64,000 nt of DNA from Octopus vulgaris (Eukaryota): the NCBI GenBank assembly GCA_951406725.2, contig OX597840.1:16926001-16990000 (forward strand), in the 5' to 3' direction. Position numbers and translations under genes: made by a program. Shown here one piece after another: positions 15,185-29,080 of the stretch. The notes under the pieces were generated by a model. The model made no database searches. It worked only from the letters and a program-made list of their open reading frames with translations, and was not told the origin of the DNA. How positions within the stretch are numbered: position 1 is the stretch's first letter; every line of letters begins with the position of its first letter.

Positions 15185-16221
15185 GTAAGCCATTAATTAT
15201 ACCCCTTGCTTTGTCTATTACTATCCTCATTGCTGAGAGACGGAAACGATAACACCGTCTCTCTCTCTTCTCTCTCTCTTCTCTCTCTCTCTCTCATTCT
15301 CTCTCTTTCTCTCCATCGATTCTTCGCCTCGGACCATGGTTGTCCATTCAGACAGACATCTTCTGGTGCATTCTTTGACATCCTCTGGTCATCATCTTCT
15401 CGTTCTCTCACTTCTTCAGTTCTCATTCATCTTCCTTCTTGGGTGTGGAAACAGAATTTTTGGGCCCTGATGACAAACCCCAAGTCCTATAGATTTCCCT
15501 TCCTGACAGTTAGCAAAGGGTTTCTTTCTATTCCCACTTCTTCAAGTACTAACTTGTTTGTTCGATGGTCACACCAGCTGACCCTCAATAGTCTTCAAAA
15601 GCTTTAGGTTTAACAGTGTTGTTTGCACTTAGGGTTCAGCTTTCACATCCATACAGTGCAATAGGCCAAAGTGATGTCTTCGGGGGCTCTAATGTGGTGT
15701 CCTTGCTAAGAGGTCTGTCATTCTTGATTCTATGATATACCATTGATACAAAAGTTTATACATTAAAGAGTGAGACGAGGAAACGCACAGCATCATATTC
15801 ACCAACACAAATTAATGAGGGAGACTACGACAGAAGGAGTATCTAATATTTGGCCCTTGGCAATGCTTGCCTGGTCCTCGGCTCAATTTCACAGAACAAT
15901 TGGTTTAACTTTATTAAAAAAGTGTTATTGGCAAGCTGGCAGAATTGTTAGCACGCTAGGCACGATGCTTAGCTGTATTTCGTTCGTCTTTACGTTCTGA
16001 GTTCAAATTCCGCCGAGGTCGACTTTACCTTTCATCCTTTCGGGATCGATAAATTAAATACCATACAGTTGAGTACTGGGGGGGGGGTCGATCTAATCGA
16101 CTTACCCTTTCCCTCCAAATTTCAGGCCTTGTGCCTTTAGTGGAAAGGATTATTGTTATACTTACCTGACACAGGTAAGTAAAATTTGATTGGTCAATAA
16201 TCTTGTTTTTTCTTCATTCAG

Positions 16222-16314
16222 CCAATGATACACAACAAAGCAACGTTCCCGTCGGTCTGATAGCAGCTTTGATATTGCTATGCGTCCTGATAGCAGCATT
16301 GATATTTCTTTGGG
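16222..16314 (+). CDS. Host-gene exon encoding a transmembrane helix
   Basis: ttcttcattcag| 93 nt |gtaagt; (T)NDTQQSNVPVGLIAALILLCVLIAALIFLW; phase 1-1. Confidence 0.75.
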
Positions 16315-16903
16315 GTAAGTAACTTTTCAAATCGCATCTTCTCTGCCGCCGTCGCGGTCTTCACACATCTTCCGTTACAATCACTAAGGAGACTGTATGT
16401 GCCCCTATAATGGGTGGCATTGCTGAATATATGTGTGTACATACATACATGCATACATACAAACATACTTACATACATACACACACTTACAAATATAAAT
16501 ACATGCATGTATACATACATACATACATGCATAGATACATGCATAGATACATGCATGCATACATACATACATACATACATACATACATACATACATACAT
16601 GCATGCATGCATGCATACATACATACATACAAACATACATACATACATACATACACACATACATACATGAGGTTAAGAAGCTTGCTTCCCACAGAATGCT
16701 GTCTTGGCTTCAGTACCATTGCATCGCACCTTGAGCACATGTGCGCGCGCGCGTGTGCATATATGTTTTGTGTGGGGTGTATGTGTGTGTGTGTAATCTT
16801 AAAATAAAAACTACAAATCATATAAATACAGCTACCTAGGGTTTCCTGTCCGAAATTCCATCATTTAGCAAGCTAAAAACAAGATTGTTTGTCAGTTCTC
16901 TTT

Positions 16904-16949
<46 letters not shown>

Positions 16950-17148
16950 ATATATAGCAAATCCAAACAGGAACAAAAAGAAAACACAACAATGCGAGGA
17001 CGTGGAACAAGTATAGTGTTATTGGACGCTCAGGAAAGGAAAGAAAGAAGGAGGATTTAACGTTTCGAGCGGAGCTCTTCATCAGAAACATAGGAAAAGG
17101 AAAGATCCAAAGAAGGGAAGACGGAGAAAGAAAATCGCCAACGATACA
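16950..17148 (-). mobile_element. Short PLE-pLTR-like repeat with a minimal hammerhead (about 17055-17089)
   Basis: - strand gttt-CTGATGA-A-GAGC tcc GCTC-GAAA-CG-TT^aaat; homologous to 47028-47225; abuts (TA)n. Confidence 0.7.
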
Positions 17149-17267
17149 CTCATGGTGTAAGGTGTAGTGGTGTGATGGTGTGATGGTGTTGGAAGGTGGG
17201 GAAGGTGAGAGTGGGGAAAGCAAGGGTGGGGTGTGGGTTAGGCTGAGGGTGGGGAGTGGGTGTAAGG

Positions 17268-17314
<47 letters not shown>

Positions 17315-17611
17315 GGCAACTGCCCAAAGTGCCGCGCAGTGGGACTGAACCCGAAGCCATGGAATTGAAAGCGAGCTTCTTGCCCTCACAGTTACGCCTA
17401 TATGTATTTATGAAAGGGTTACATTAATTCCCATTTTTCTATGCAAGTTTAAGAATAACGACAGAACATTTAACGATGGGGAGACTCGATATTGAGAGTA
17501 GAATCAAACATATAGAATTCGAGTTGATTGGGACTTTGAAGTGTTAGGAACTTTATGGTTGAAAAGGCCTGCGGGCGAAACAGGAAGGTCCAGGCAAGAA
17601 TAATATGTATG

Positions 17612-17645
<34 letters not shown>

Positions 17646-17771
17646 TGTATGTATGTATATATGTGTGTGTGTGTGTGCGTATGTATGTATATGTGTGTGC
17701 GTATGTATGTATATGTGTGTGCGTGTGTATGTATATGTATGCCTGTGAGTATGTATATGTGTATGTACGTA

Positions 17772-17806
<35 letters not shown>

Positions 17807-18002
17807 GCATATATGTGTGTATTACGCCTGTATGTATACGTGTATGTATATAGGTATATGTGTGTATATAAGTATGTGTATGCGTGTATGTATATATCTA
17901 TGCATATATGTTTATGTGTATGTGTGTATTATGCATGTATGTATACATACATGGAAGGAAGGATAAGTATACGTAACTATATAGATATATAGATAGACAG
18001 AC

Positions 18003-18065
<63 letters not shown>

Positions 18066-18082
18066 CAGATAGACAGATAGAC

Positions 18083-18113
<31 letters not shown>

Positions 18114-18122
18114 CAGATAGAC

Positions 18123-18207
<85 letters not shown>

Positions 18208-18673
18208 TTCAAGCAGACAGACAGATAAACACTAGTTACCAAGGATTTCTTCTAAGTCTGTTTAGTAGTTGACAGAAATGATAGAGTGATTTTCTAAAAT
18301 ATGCAATTAGTTTCGCCCCGTTGAATTCCAAATTCACATCACGCTTGTGACAACGGCCTTGGCTTCCAGCATACAGTGGTCGATAGAAACCAAAGTCGGC
18401 AATACACTGGGTCGATTCAACGATTCAGACGACATTCAGCTCCCACGACTTCCACCCTGTATTTGGTCGTCTGCTCGGTCAATTGAGATCGATACACAAA
18501 AAGGGGTGGGGGAAAAATCAATGAAATTTACTACATTTAATCTTTTCTGTGTAACTTCGACATTTTGTGAGTGGGAAGAGCTGATTAAACAGGTCGAATC
18601 CAGAGGGAAATCACTAAGCCGTTGTGCTTTTATAGCTTTGAAAAATGCATTCAAAAGGGTTTGACGTGTGTAT

Positions 18674-18722
<49 letters not shown>

Positions 18723-19000
18723 CGTGCGTGTGCGTGCGTATGTGTATTTGACAAGTATATACATATACATTTTTCTTTGAATGTATATTCATGCATGTGA
18801 TAAATACGTATCATATCATGTAATAATAGATCGATACATAGATACGTACTTACATACATACATAGACAAACAGATAGACAGATAAACATACAAACAGACA
18901 GACAGTTAGATAGATAGACAATCATGTATATAACATGTATCATGCATCACATATTAATGTGTAATAATGTGTAATTATATGCATATATGTATATATATAT

Positions 19001-19270
19001 AACGTGACGTATTTTTGCCATTTCAATATGGCTAACCCCTAAGGGTGGATGCTACTGTAGTTTTTAGCCCCAGGAAGACGGGAAGGATGACTTCCCTTTG
19101 CAAATACTGACAGGACACAGAAAGTGTGTCTATGGCCAGCTGGAGGAGTGTGTCCTCCTGGGGCTAAAAACTACAGTAGCATCCACCCTTAGGGGTTAGC
19201 CATATTGAAATGGCAAAAATACGTCACGTTGTGTTACCGCTACTGTATATAACTCACATTGATATTTATC

Positions 19271-19272
<2 letters not shown>
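19001..19272. repeat. Fold-back element within (TA)n, 79-bp arms
   Basis: 19001-19079 and 19152-19230 are near-perfect reverse complements. Confidence 0.9.
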
Positions 19273-19318
<46 letters not shown>

Positions 19319-20457
19319 TGTGTGTGTGTATGTATGTATATATACTGTTTTACTGTTTTACTTGCTTCTGTTATTTGACTGCTGGCCATGCTGGAGCACT
19401 GCCTTTATTCGAGCAAATCGACCCCAGGACTTACTCTTTGGAAGCCTACTTATTCTATTAGTCTATTTTTTCCGAACCGCTAAGTTACGGGGACGTAAAC
19501 ATACCAGCATCGGTTGTCAAGCGATGTTGGAGGGGGGGAACACAGACACACAAACATATACACACCTAAACTGTGGGAATGGGGGGAGGGAGAAACACAA
19601 AAACACATACATATACCTATGGGTGTATATATATGTGTGTGTGTGTGTGTTTATGTGTGAGTGTGTGTAGGTATGTATGTGTGTGTGTATATATATATAT
19701 ATATGTATGCATATATGTATTTGTATATATATAAACATATATATATATATGCATATATGTATTTATGTGTTTGTGTATATATATGTATATATATATATAT
19801 ATTACTAAGATTGGTGTACAAGAAGTACCTGTGCAGATGAATAATTTTCAGTGAGTGTAGCTTGCACCGCACTACCCCCACCTATTGGCCCAAGGAGACT
19901 TTCGCCGGTGTGACATGAGAATTGACAAAACCGGGAACCTCCAAGGCCTCAGTTTTTATTTTGGATATTTCCTTCTTTTTGGTAGATTACCAACCAAGGT
20001 TAAAGAGCTTCTACCTGCCCATGAGATAGGCTAGACACCGAAACGCTTCATAGAATCATTAAATATTATCCCGGTATCCGACGCTGAGCAGCACATACAT
20101 AAATACATTAAAAAGTACAAGATATGTGATTTAAACATATAAATAGAATAAGATTTAAATATAGATAATATATACATAAAAAGGAAAAATATACACACAT
20201 ATATATATAAGAATATGTACAAAAGAATATATACAAATTTTACACATATTTGTTGGATGGCCGTTTGATAGGTCTTATTTTTCGCCCTACAAGGTGTCCA
20301 ACAATCACCCTCCACCCTAAGGAAGCCTGATGGGGTTGTCAGTCTAGTCGCCGACGACCCGACAGGTTGTACTGGATCACATGTTACCAGTAGCACTCGA
20401 GAGCAACCTGACATATATATATGTGTGTGTGTATTTGTGTGTGTGTATGTATGTATG

Positions 20458-20535
<78 letters not shown>

Positions 20536-20761
20536 TATATGTATTATACTATACGTGCGTGTATATATATCTATGTCTGTAATATATATATAAACTCGAA
20601 CCTCTTACCACACAGCCACGCCTGCGCCTTTAAAGTATGTATGTACACACACACATACGCTCACACATACACACACACACACAGACACTCAGACACACAC
20701 ATATATACGCACATACAGATATACACGTAACATATTCACTGCTTAACATTTCTCTTTCTAG

Positions 20762-20824
20762 TGAAATATCGTAAACGAGAGAAAAAGCGGCGCAACCGAC
20801 GGATCATGGCTGAAGCTTCTGAAG
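20762..20824 (+). CDS. Host-gene exon (basic cytoplasmic juxtamembrane segment)
   Basis: ttctctttctag| 63 nt |gtgtgt; joined to the TM exon it reads ..IFLW-V-KYRKREKKRRNRRIMAEASE. Confidence 0.7.
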
Positions 20825-21454
20825 GTGTGTAACAAACAATGAAACAGAAACATATTCGTTTCGTATTTTAACCCGTTATTTTATATTTCCAATATTTGCA
20901 GTAAAATACAGGGAGCACAAAAGGAAGATTCAGGAGCGAGTATTAGAACGAATGATGAGGCGAACTCAAGGTCAGTCTATCATTGTCAAGACTTCCGGTC
21001 AGTCAGCCAATCGCTGGGTTTTATTTTTGCTTGACAGTGGCCATATTGCCTTGCTGCCTTTGATATCTTGAAGCATGCCTTGATATCTCGAAGCATGCCT
21101 TGACTCTTCGCTGCCTTCAATATTTGGGTTTATTGTTCTCTTTCTTTCTCGCATGGCTTTTTAACTTTCTTTTCTTTCAGCATGTCGACTTTTTTTTTGT
21201 ATTATTATTACTTTTAATTTTAATTTTTATTATTACTAGAGTGATAAAAGATGGCGAGTTGGTAGAATCGTTACCGAGCCGAGCAAAAATGCATAACGAC
21301 ACTTCGTCCAGCTTTACGTTCTGGGCTCAAATTCCGCCGAGGTCGACTTTGCCTTTTATCCTTTCGGGGTCGATCAACTAAGTACCCCCACCCCACCAAC
21401 ATTGCTGGCCTTGTGCCAAAAAATTTCTAAATTATTTCTTGAGTTTCAGTTATT

Positions 21455-21839
21455 TTTTACTCTTTCACTTGTTTCAGTCACTTGAATGTGGCCATGCTGG
21501 AGCACCGCCTTTAGTCGAGCAACTCGATCCCAGGACTTATTCTTTGTAAGCCTAGTACTTATTCTATCGGTCTCTTTTGCTAAACCGCTAAGACACACCA
21601 GCATCGGTTGTCAAGCGATGTTGGGGGGACAAACACAGACACACAAACATATACACACACATACATATATATATACGATGGGCTTCTTTCAGTTTCCGTC
21701 TACCAAATCCACTCACAAGGCTTTGGTCGGCCCGAGGCTATAGTAGAATACACTTGCCCAAGGTGCCACGCAGTGGGACTGAACCCGGAACCATGTGGTT
21801 GGTAAGCAAGCTACTTACCACACAGCCACTCTTACGCCT
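21455..21839 (-). mobile_element. Full-length tRNA-derived SINE family B with internal (CA)/(TA) tract
   Basis: - strand tRNA-like head aggcgtaagagtggctgtgtggtaag..gggttcagtccc; similar copies at 40985-41408 and, partially, 19345-19550. Confidence 0.85.
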
Positions 21840-22351
21840 GTGTGATAATTTCCTTTCACTATTAACAAGAGCATCGAACAAAATGCTTTGAGCTGTTTCT
21901 TCGGACTCTTTACGTTCTAGGTTTCAATCACACTATTGTCAACCCAGTCGTTCATCACTCTGGCATCGATAAAAATGAACGACCAGTCAGGTATTATGGT
22001 CGATATAATCGACTAGCACCGTTCCCTAAAATTCTTGGTCTTCTACTAACATTTGAAACCTATAAAGGTGACGAGCTGACAGAATCGTTAGCGCGGCGAA
22101 CAAAACACATTTCTTCCGGCTCTTTACATCGTGTGTTGAAATTCCGCTGAGGTCAACGTGACCTTTCATTCTTGCAGGATTTGTAAAATAAAGTACAATT
22201 TAAATATGGGGTTCGATATAATTGGCTTGCCCCTAACCTCAAAATTTCTGTCCTTCTCCCTTAATAAGAAGCCATTAAAACTGGTGTCGATGTAATCGAC
22301 TGGTCCCCTCCCACTAAATTTTTGTCTTGTGCCTTCAGTAGAAAGGATTAC

Positions 22352-22857
<506 letters not shown>

Positions 22858-22926
22858 GCAAATAAAGAAGAGTGCCATTGTTATTTTTATTTGCTTCTAT
22901 ACTTTCTGAAGGAGTAAACTCAATCC

Positions 22927-23006
<80 letters not shown>

Positions 23007-23184
23007 TAATTATAATTATTATTATTAAGGCGGTGAGCTGGCAGAATCGTTAGCATTCCGGACGAAATGCCTAGCACCATTTCGTCTGTTGCTACGTAGT
23101 TCAGTTCTGGGGTCGATGTAACCGACTACCCCCTCCCCACAATTTCAGGCCTTGTGCCTTTAGTAGAAAGGATTATTATTATTA

Positions 23185-23227
<43 letters not shown>

Positions 23228-23384
23228 TATTATTATTATTATTACGTACAACAGATTTATTTCTTTTTGTCTTTTCTTTTTCTTTCTCCTTTATTTTATC
23301 ATTTTATTTGCTGCATTTTCACTTTGGTTTTGTTTTTTGTTATTTGTTTTTTATTGTTGGCGTATCATTCATATTTCTAACATA

Positions 23385-24276
23385 CGACATGGTATCGAAA
23401 TGAACCCGGACTAGTTATGTTTAATAGAAAATAACTTCGAAATAGTAACCTTGCGCAGCAATTCACCGGTCCCAGCGCTCCTGCCACTTTTAGAATCCAG
23501 TCTGGAAGTCGTTTTCCGTGAGTCGAGGACCTTCTACGATTTGTTTTGGATCTCGACAACAGTGTTAGAACAGCGACCTTTGAGCAACATTTTCCCCTTG
23601 GGGAAGAGATGGAAGTCCGCGGGTGCGAAATCTAGGGAATAAGGTGCGGAAGCGATGCCATTTTTTTTTTATGGGTTTTTTTTTTTTGTGGGAAGCTCTT
23701 GAGGGAGGAGAGCTCGGTGACAGGGTGCATTGTCGTCGCGAAGAGTCCAGTTCTTCCCGCTCCACAGATCCGGTCACTGACACCGAATGTCCTCCCTCAA
23801 AAGTCGCAGTAGAACTCTGGATTGACAGTCTGACCCCGGAGAAGAAATTCTCGATGCGCAATATCCCATTTTCGGGAGTGATGCTCGTGGCAGGTTTTCC
23901 AGATCGCCCATCGTCTTCCAGAGATGTTCTTCCTCTTTTGAAGAACCCGTGCCACTCGAAACATTGCGTACGACCCATTGCCTCGTCGCTGTAAGCTTAC
24001 CGACGCATGCTCGATGTCTCTGTTGCAGACATCTTAATTTTAACGCAAAATTCCATGTTGGCTCTATGTTCCAACTTCCTGCCCAGGGCAAAAATCGCAG
24101 ATTACAGCATACACGTGATCACAAAAACACAAATTTCACAACTTGCGAACACAGCAATGTCACTTGGCACACTGCCTCATGAAGGTCACTGCTAACTCTC
24201 ACTATGTGTGCAACCGTGTGCTGCCATCTGTTGGCGCGCTACAGAACTAGTCTGGGAACATTTTGATATCACTTCG
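23385..24276 (-). mobile_element. Internally deleted mariner relic
   Basis: N-terminal helix-turn-helix peptide AYGDEAMGRTQCFEWH..FKRGRTSLEDDGRSGKP; degenerate TIRs (tacgac..ccggactagtt / aactagtctggg..cttcgta). Confidence 0.8.
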
Positions 24277-24365
24277 TATGTAACGTACTTAACCTGTACC
24301 TTTGTACTAACCGTGCTGTATAATAATTATGTACCTAAGTGGCATGATGTCGCGTTCGTTTCTAT

Positions 24366-24716
24366 CTGAGGTTTCTCAACCATTTTTTTTTCTATGGACC
24401 CCTTTGATTACTATTTTATTCTGGTGGGCCCCCATTGCCATCTAATGTTGAAAAACTAGCTTTATAGAAACTTCTTTCAAAATTTCATTTTTTTTTTTCA
24501 CACATTAACTCGGGTAAGTTGAATTACGTAAACCTGGAGACAGAAGCCTAACTGATTCTTGTAATACATACCAATACATACATCTAAAGCGAAATTTTTT
24601 CAAGGTCCCTTAAAATATTGTGGCTCCCCCAATTTACTATTTTGTTATGTCCTCCCACCACCACCAAATCTTATATGGACCCTCATGGCCTTTTGGACCC
24701 TGGTTGAGAACCACTG
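24366..24716. mobile_element. hAT-type MITE
   Basis: Ends ctgaggtttctcaacc / ggttgagaaccactg (CAGTGGTTCTCAACC-type TIR) with subterminal (T)GGACCC motifs; no clean TSD. Confidence 0.6.
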
Positions 24717-25829
24717 GTCTATAAGCTGAATTCAATATGGCGCCAAGGTAGATTTCGTGTTTTGTTTATCGGGTACGGTATAATAACGTACCATTCATCA
24801 ACTGCTGTCACTGTAATCGACTTTATTCTCCCTACCGAATGTATTAGCTTGTAAATCTTACAAATATAAACATACATACATACATACATACATACATACA
24901 TGATGGCTGCCCCCTCGTTATCGAGTATGGCCATTGCACGAAGCTTAACTGTTATTGGTGCGGTGATCGAATGTGACTTTTATTTGCTTTTTAATGCTAC
25001 AGCCAGCCATTCAGTTGAGACTCACAGCACCATCAACAATCATGAACCACGTTGTTATCGTACAATGCCTGTGCAAGAAGATTTTTTTTTAAAGTGAGGA
25101 AAGGCTGTGCACTGAGTCAATCCCACTCACTAAGCAATAGCAGCCATAATCCAAAAAGAAGAACAAGTCAACATCATCGGTAACCACTGAGCCGCAGGTT
25201 TTATGTCGGAGTTATCCCAGTTACCTGAGTTACCTTCTCCTAGAAGGATGCCCTAACAAAGGCTAGGAGTCCTTCACTCCCAATGGTTTAACCGCGCGAT
25301 CGGGTATTCAGTCCGATTATTTCTATGTCCCCGCACATGATACAGCTTTAAGACATTTATTGGATGGCCGTTGACTCTCAAGAGTTCCTCCGCCCTTTGA
25401 CGGGCTTTGTTTTTCATCCCGCAGGGTGTCCAATAAACACCCTCCTCACCAAGCAAGCTTGGTGCGGTTGCCGGTTTAGTCGCCGACGGCCCGACCATGC
25501 AACAAGTTGTACTGGGTTACATGTTACCAGTGGCACTCGAAAGTGACCTGACATAAACAGATTTTGACTCTGACTCTTCAGTTATTGGCACCTCCGACCG
25601 CGACTCTTCCCTCTGTAACTAAGTGATTGTGGTCCACATATCTCACAAAGCACACGTACACACCTGCATCTCGAGTAGGTCTACATGCTACAACCGGTCT
25701 ATATTAAAGAATACATACATACATACATACATACATACATACATACATACATACATACATACATACATACATACATACATACATACATACATACATGAGA
25801 TAGAGAAGAGTAACTATGCACAGTTGTGG

Positions 25830-26106
25830 AAATTAGCGAATGTTAACATAAAGCTGAAGATCAGTGAAAAAGAGAACACCTATGCTGAACTATTGAGAAA
25901 TCTGCAGTTACTCTATCCAGATTACAAGTTCGGATTTATACCTGTAATTATTGGGGCCCTGGGATATGTAACACACTGTCTAAATACCAATTTGAGAAAT
26001 TAGGCTTCTCAAAACCAGAAAGGAGGAAGGTAATTCGAAGACTACAGATCCAATCCATCACTGGAACTGTAAAAATCTGTAAAACTTTCCAGAAGTTTAT
26101 CATTTA
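25830..26106 (+). mobile_element. 3' fragment of a non-LTR retrotransposon with restriction-like endonuclease
   Basis: EKENTYAELLRNLQLLYP..FIPVIIGALGYVT..LQIQSITGTVKICKTF; frameshifted. Confidence 0.7.
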
Positions 26107-26749
26107 AATATATATGAGCCTGTCTTGATATGTAACTATATGCATGGGAATACACACATAAAACATATAAATCTGCACATACATACATACATAATTTTAA
26201 CTTTTCGAAAAATATTTTACTGTTTTTAATTCCTAACTGGATATACGTATATATAAAATTAATATAAACAGTAATATTTCACCGAAAAAGACAATTATAA
26301 TTGTCACTAAATGTGACTCGGTGCAAAGAAACACCTCCATTGTATAACAGTGGGATTAGTATAACGGCTGATTGGGTACCACGTTTATAATGTGGTGTAT
26401 TATCTTATATGGTTTCTACTGGCATAGATAAACGCCGTAGTGATATATATTATATATATATATATATTATATATAATTAATTAATAAGGGTGAGAGAATT
26501 AGATACTAATTTAATAGTATATTTATTCCACACCAAGTGGCCTAGTGCTACGAGAAACCTGGATTATTATAATATTTTATAACATATTATAATATTTTTA
26601 CAAAATAAATATAAGAGAGTGGTCACTATATTGCTCACTCTAGCACCAGTTAATCCAAAAGGTTTCAACCACGAAAATACATGTTTCCCATGAAAGCCAG
26701 TACGACTGTTAGCTCACACGGACAGGGCAAATAAAAAATAACAAAAATA

Positions 26750-26843
26750 CAGATTATTTTGGGACAATTGTTTCGCTATTAATGAATTAAATGTAATATT
26801 ACTTACAAAAATCCATTTGTAGCTCGTCAGCCAAGACTATCTG
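26750..26843 (-). ncRNA. Type I hammerhead ribozyme, array copy 1
   Basis: Reverse complement of 28238-28331. Confidence 0.85.
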
Positions 26844-27282
26844 GATGAAATCCACTCAATCACACGCCAGATTTTACCATAACGATAAATACGCGTGTGG
26901 TTCAATTGATTACATCCGACGTTATAATTCAAATGCCCCAACCAACAGCGCGCCAAACTCTCACGGAAAACAAATACAGCATTTAGAAATAAATGCAGCA
27001 TAATTATAATTAATTAATAAGGGTGAGAGAATTAGATACTAATTTAATAGTATATTTATTCCACACCAAGTGGCCTAGTGCTACGAGAAACCTGGATTAT
27101 TATAATATTTTATAACATATTATAATATTTTTACAAAATAAATATAAGAGAGTGGTCACTATATTGCTCACTCTAGCACCAGTTAATCCAAAAGGTTTCA
27201 ACCACGAAAATACATGTTTCCCATGAAAGCCAGTACGACTGTTAGCTCACACGGACAGGGCAAATAAAAAATAACAAAAATA

Positions 27283-27376
27283 CAGATTATTTTGGGACAA
27301 TTGTTTCGCTATTAATGAATTAAATGTAATATTACTTACAAAAATCCATTTGTAGCTCGTCAGCCAAGACTATCTG
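27283..27376 (-). ncRNA. Type I hammerhead ribozyme, array copy 2
   Basis: Same motif, 533 bp from copy 1. Confidence 0.85.
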
Positions 27377-27815
27377 GATGAAATCCACTCAATCACACGC
27401 CAGATTTTACCATAACGATAAATACGCGTGTGGTTCAATTGATTACATCCGACGTTATAATTCAAATGCCCCAACCAACAGCGCGCCAAACTCTCACGGA
27501 AAACAAATACAGCATTTAGAAATAAATGCAGCATAATTATAATTAATTAATAAGGGTGAGAGAATTAGATACTAATTTAATAGTATATTTATTCCACACC
27601 AAGTGGCCTAGTGCTACGAGAAACCTGGATTATTATAATATTTTATAACATATTATAATATTTTTACAAAATAAATATAAGAGAGTGGTCACTATATTGC
27701 TCACTCTAGCACCAGTTAATCCAAAAGGTTTCAACCACGAAAATACATGTTTCCCATGAAAGCCAGTACGACTGTTAGCTCACACGGACAGGGCAAATAA
27801 AAAATAACAAAAATA

Positions 27816-27909
27816 CAGATTATTTTGGGACAATTGTTTCGCTATTAATGAATTAAATGTAATATTACTTACAAAAATCCATTTGTAGCTCGTCAGCCAA
27901 GACTATCTG
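27816..27909 (-). ncRNA. Type I hammerhead ribozyme, array copy 3
   Basis: Same motif, 1066 bp from copy 1. Confidence 0.85.
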
Positions 27910-28237
27910 GATGAAATCCACTCAATCACACGCCAGATTTTACCATAACGATAAATACGCGTGTGGTTCAATTGATTACATCCGACGTTATAATTCAAAT
28001 GCCCCAACCAACAGCGCGCCAAACTCTCACGGAAAACAAATACAGCATTTAGAAATAAATGCAGCATAATTATAATTAATTAATAAGGGTGAGAGAATTA
28101 GATACTAATTTAATAGTATATTTATTCCACACCAAGTGGCCTAGTGCTACGAGAAACCTGGATTATTATAATCAATTGAACCACACGCGTATTTATCGTT
28201 ATGGTAAAATCTGGCGTGTGATTGAGTGGATTTCATC

Positions 28238-28331
28238 CAGATAGTCTTGGCTGACGAGCTACAAATGGATTTTTGTAAGTAATATTACATTTAATTCATT
28301 AATAGCGAAACAATTGTCCCAAAATAATCTG
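28238..28331 (+). ncRNA. Type I hammerhead ribozyme, array copy 4
   Basis: cagatagtcttgg-CTGACGA-GCTA[..aatggat..attcatt..]TAGC-GAAA-CAATT-GTC^ccaaaataatctg: intact core, stems I and II pair, palindromic stem III ACAATTGT, GUC site (cut after 28318). Confidence 0.88.
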
Positions 28332-28770
28332 TATTTTTGTTATTTTTTATTTGCCCTGTCCGTGTGAGCTAACAGTCGTACTGGCTTTCATGGGAAACAT
28401 GTATTTTCGTGGTTGAAACCTTTTGGATTAACTGGTGCTAGAGTGAGCAATATAGTGACCACTCTCTTATATTTATTTTGTAAAAATATTATAATATGTT
28501 ATAAAATATTATAATAATCCAGGTTTCTCGTAGCACTAGGCCACTTGGTGTGGAATAAATATACTATTAAATTAGTATCTAATTCTCTCACCCTTATTAA
28601 TTAATTATAATTATGCTGCATTTATTTCTAAATGCTGTATTTGTTTTCCGTGAGAGTTTGGCGCGCTGTTGGTTGGGGCATTTGAATTATAACGTCGGAT
28701 GTAATCAATTGAACCACACGCGTATTTATCGTTATGGTAAAATCTGGCGTGTGATTGAGTGGATTTCATC

Positions 28771-28864
28771 CAGATAGTCTTGGCTGACGAGCTACAAATG
28801 GATTTTTGTAAGTAATATTACATTTAATTCATTAATAGCGAAACAATTGTCCCAAAATAATCTG
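28771..28864 (+). ncRNA. Type I hammerhead ribozyme, array copy 5
   Basis: Same motif as copy 4, 533 bp further on. Confidence 0.85.
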
Positions 28865-29006
28865 TATTTTTGTTATTTTTTATTTGCCCTGTCCGTGTGA
28901 GCTAACAGTCGTACTGGCTTTCATGGGAAACATGTATTTTCGTGGTTGAAACCTTTTGGATTAACTGGTGCTAGAGTGAGCAATATAGTGACCACTCTCT
29001 TATATT

Positions 29007-29080
<74 letters not shown>

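Larger units (their letters stand above)
26472..29009. mobile_element. Retrozyme-like array of 533-bp units with an internal inversion, inserted in (TA)n
   Basis: GGGTGAG recurs at 26488, 27021, 27554 and 28087 (period 533); inversion at about 28169-28172; about 1.6 inverted units run to about 29009; no ORF of 60 aa or more in the track; each full unit contains a hammerhead. Confidence 0.9.

Noticed and set aside
20005-20056. Hammerhead-like GAAACGC with ttcta/tagaa flanks
   Set aside because: No CTGANGA core and no stem II.
26472-29009. CRISPR array or plain satellite
   Set aside because: There is no repeat-spacer alternation and the context is eukaryotic; the intact ribozyme and inversion fit a retro-derived array better. 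An assembly artefact is not formally excluded.
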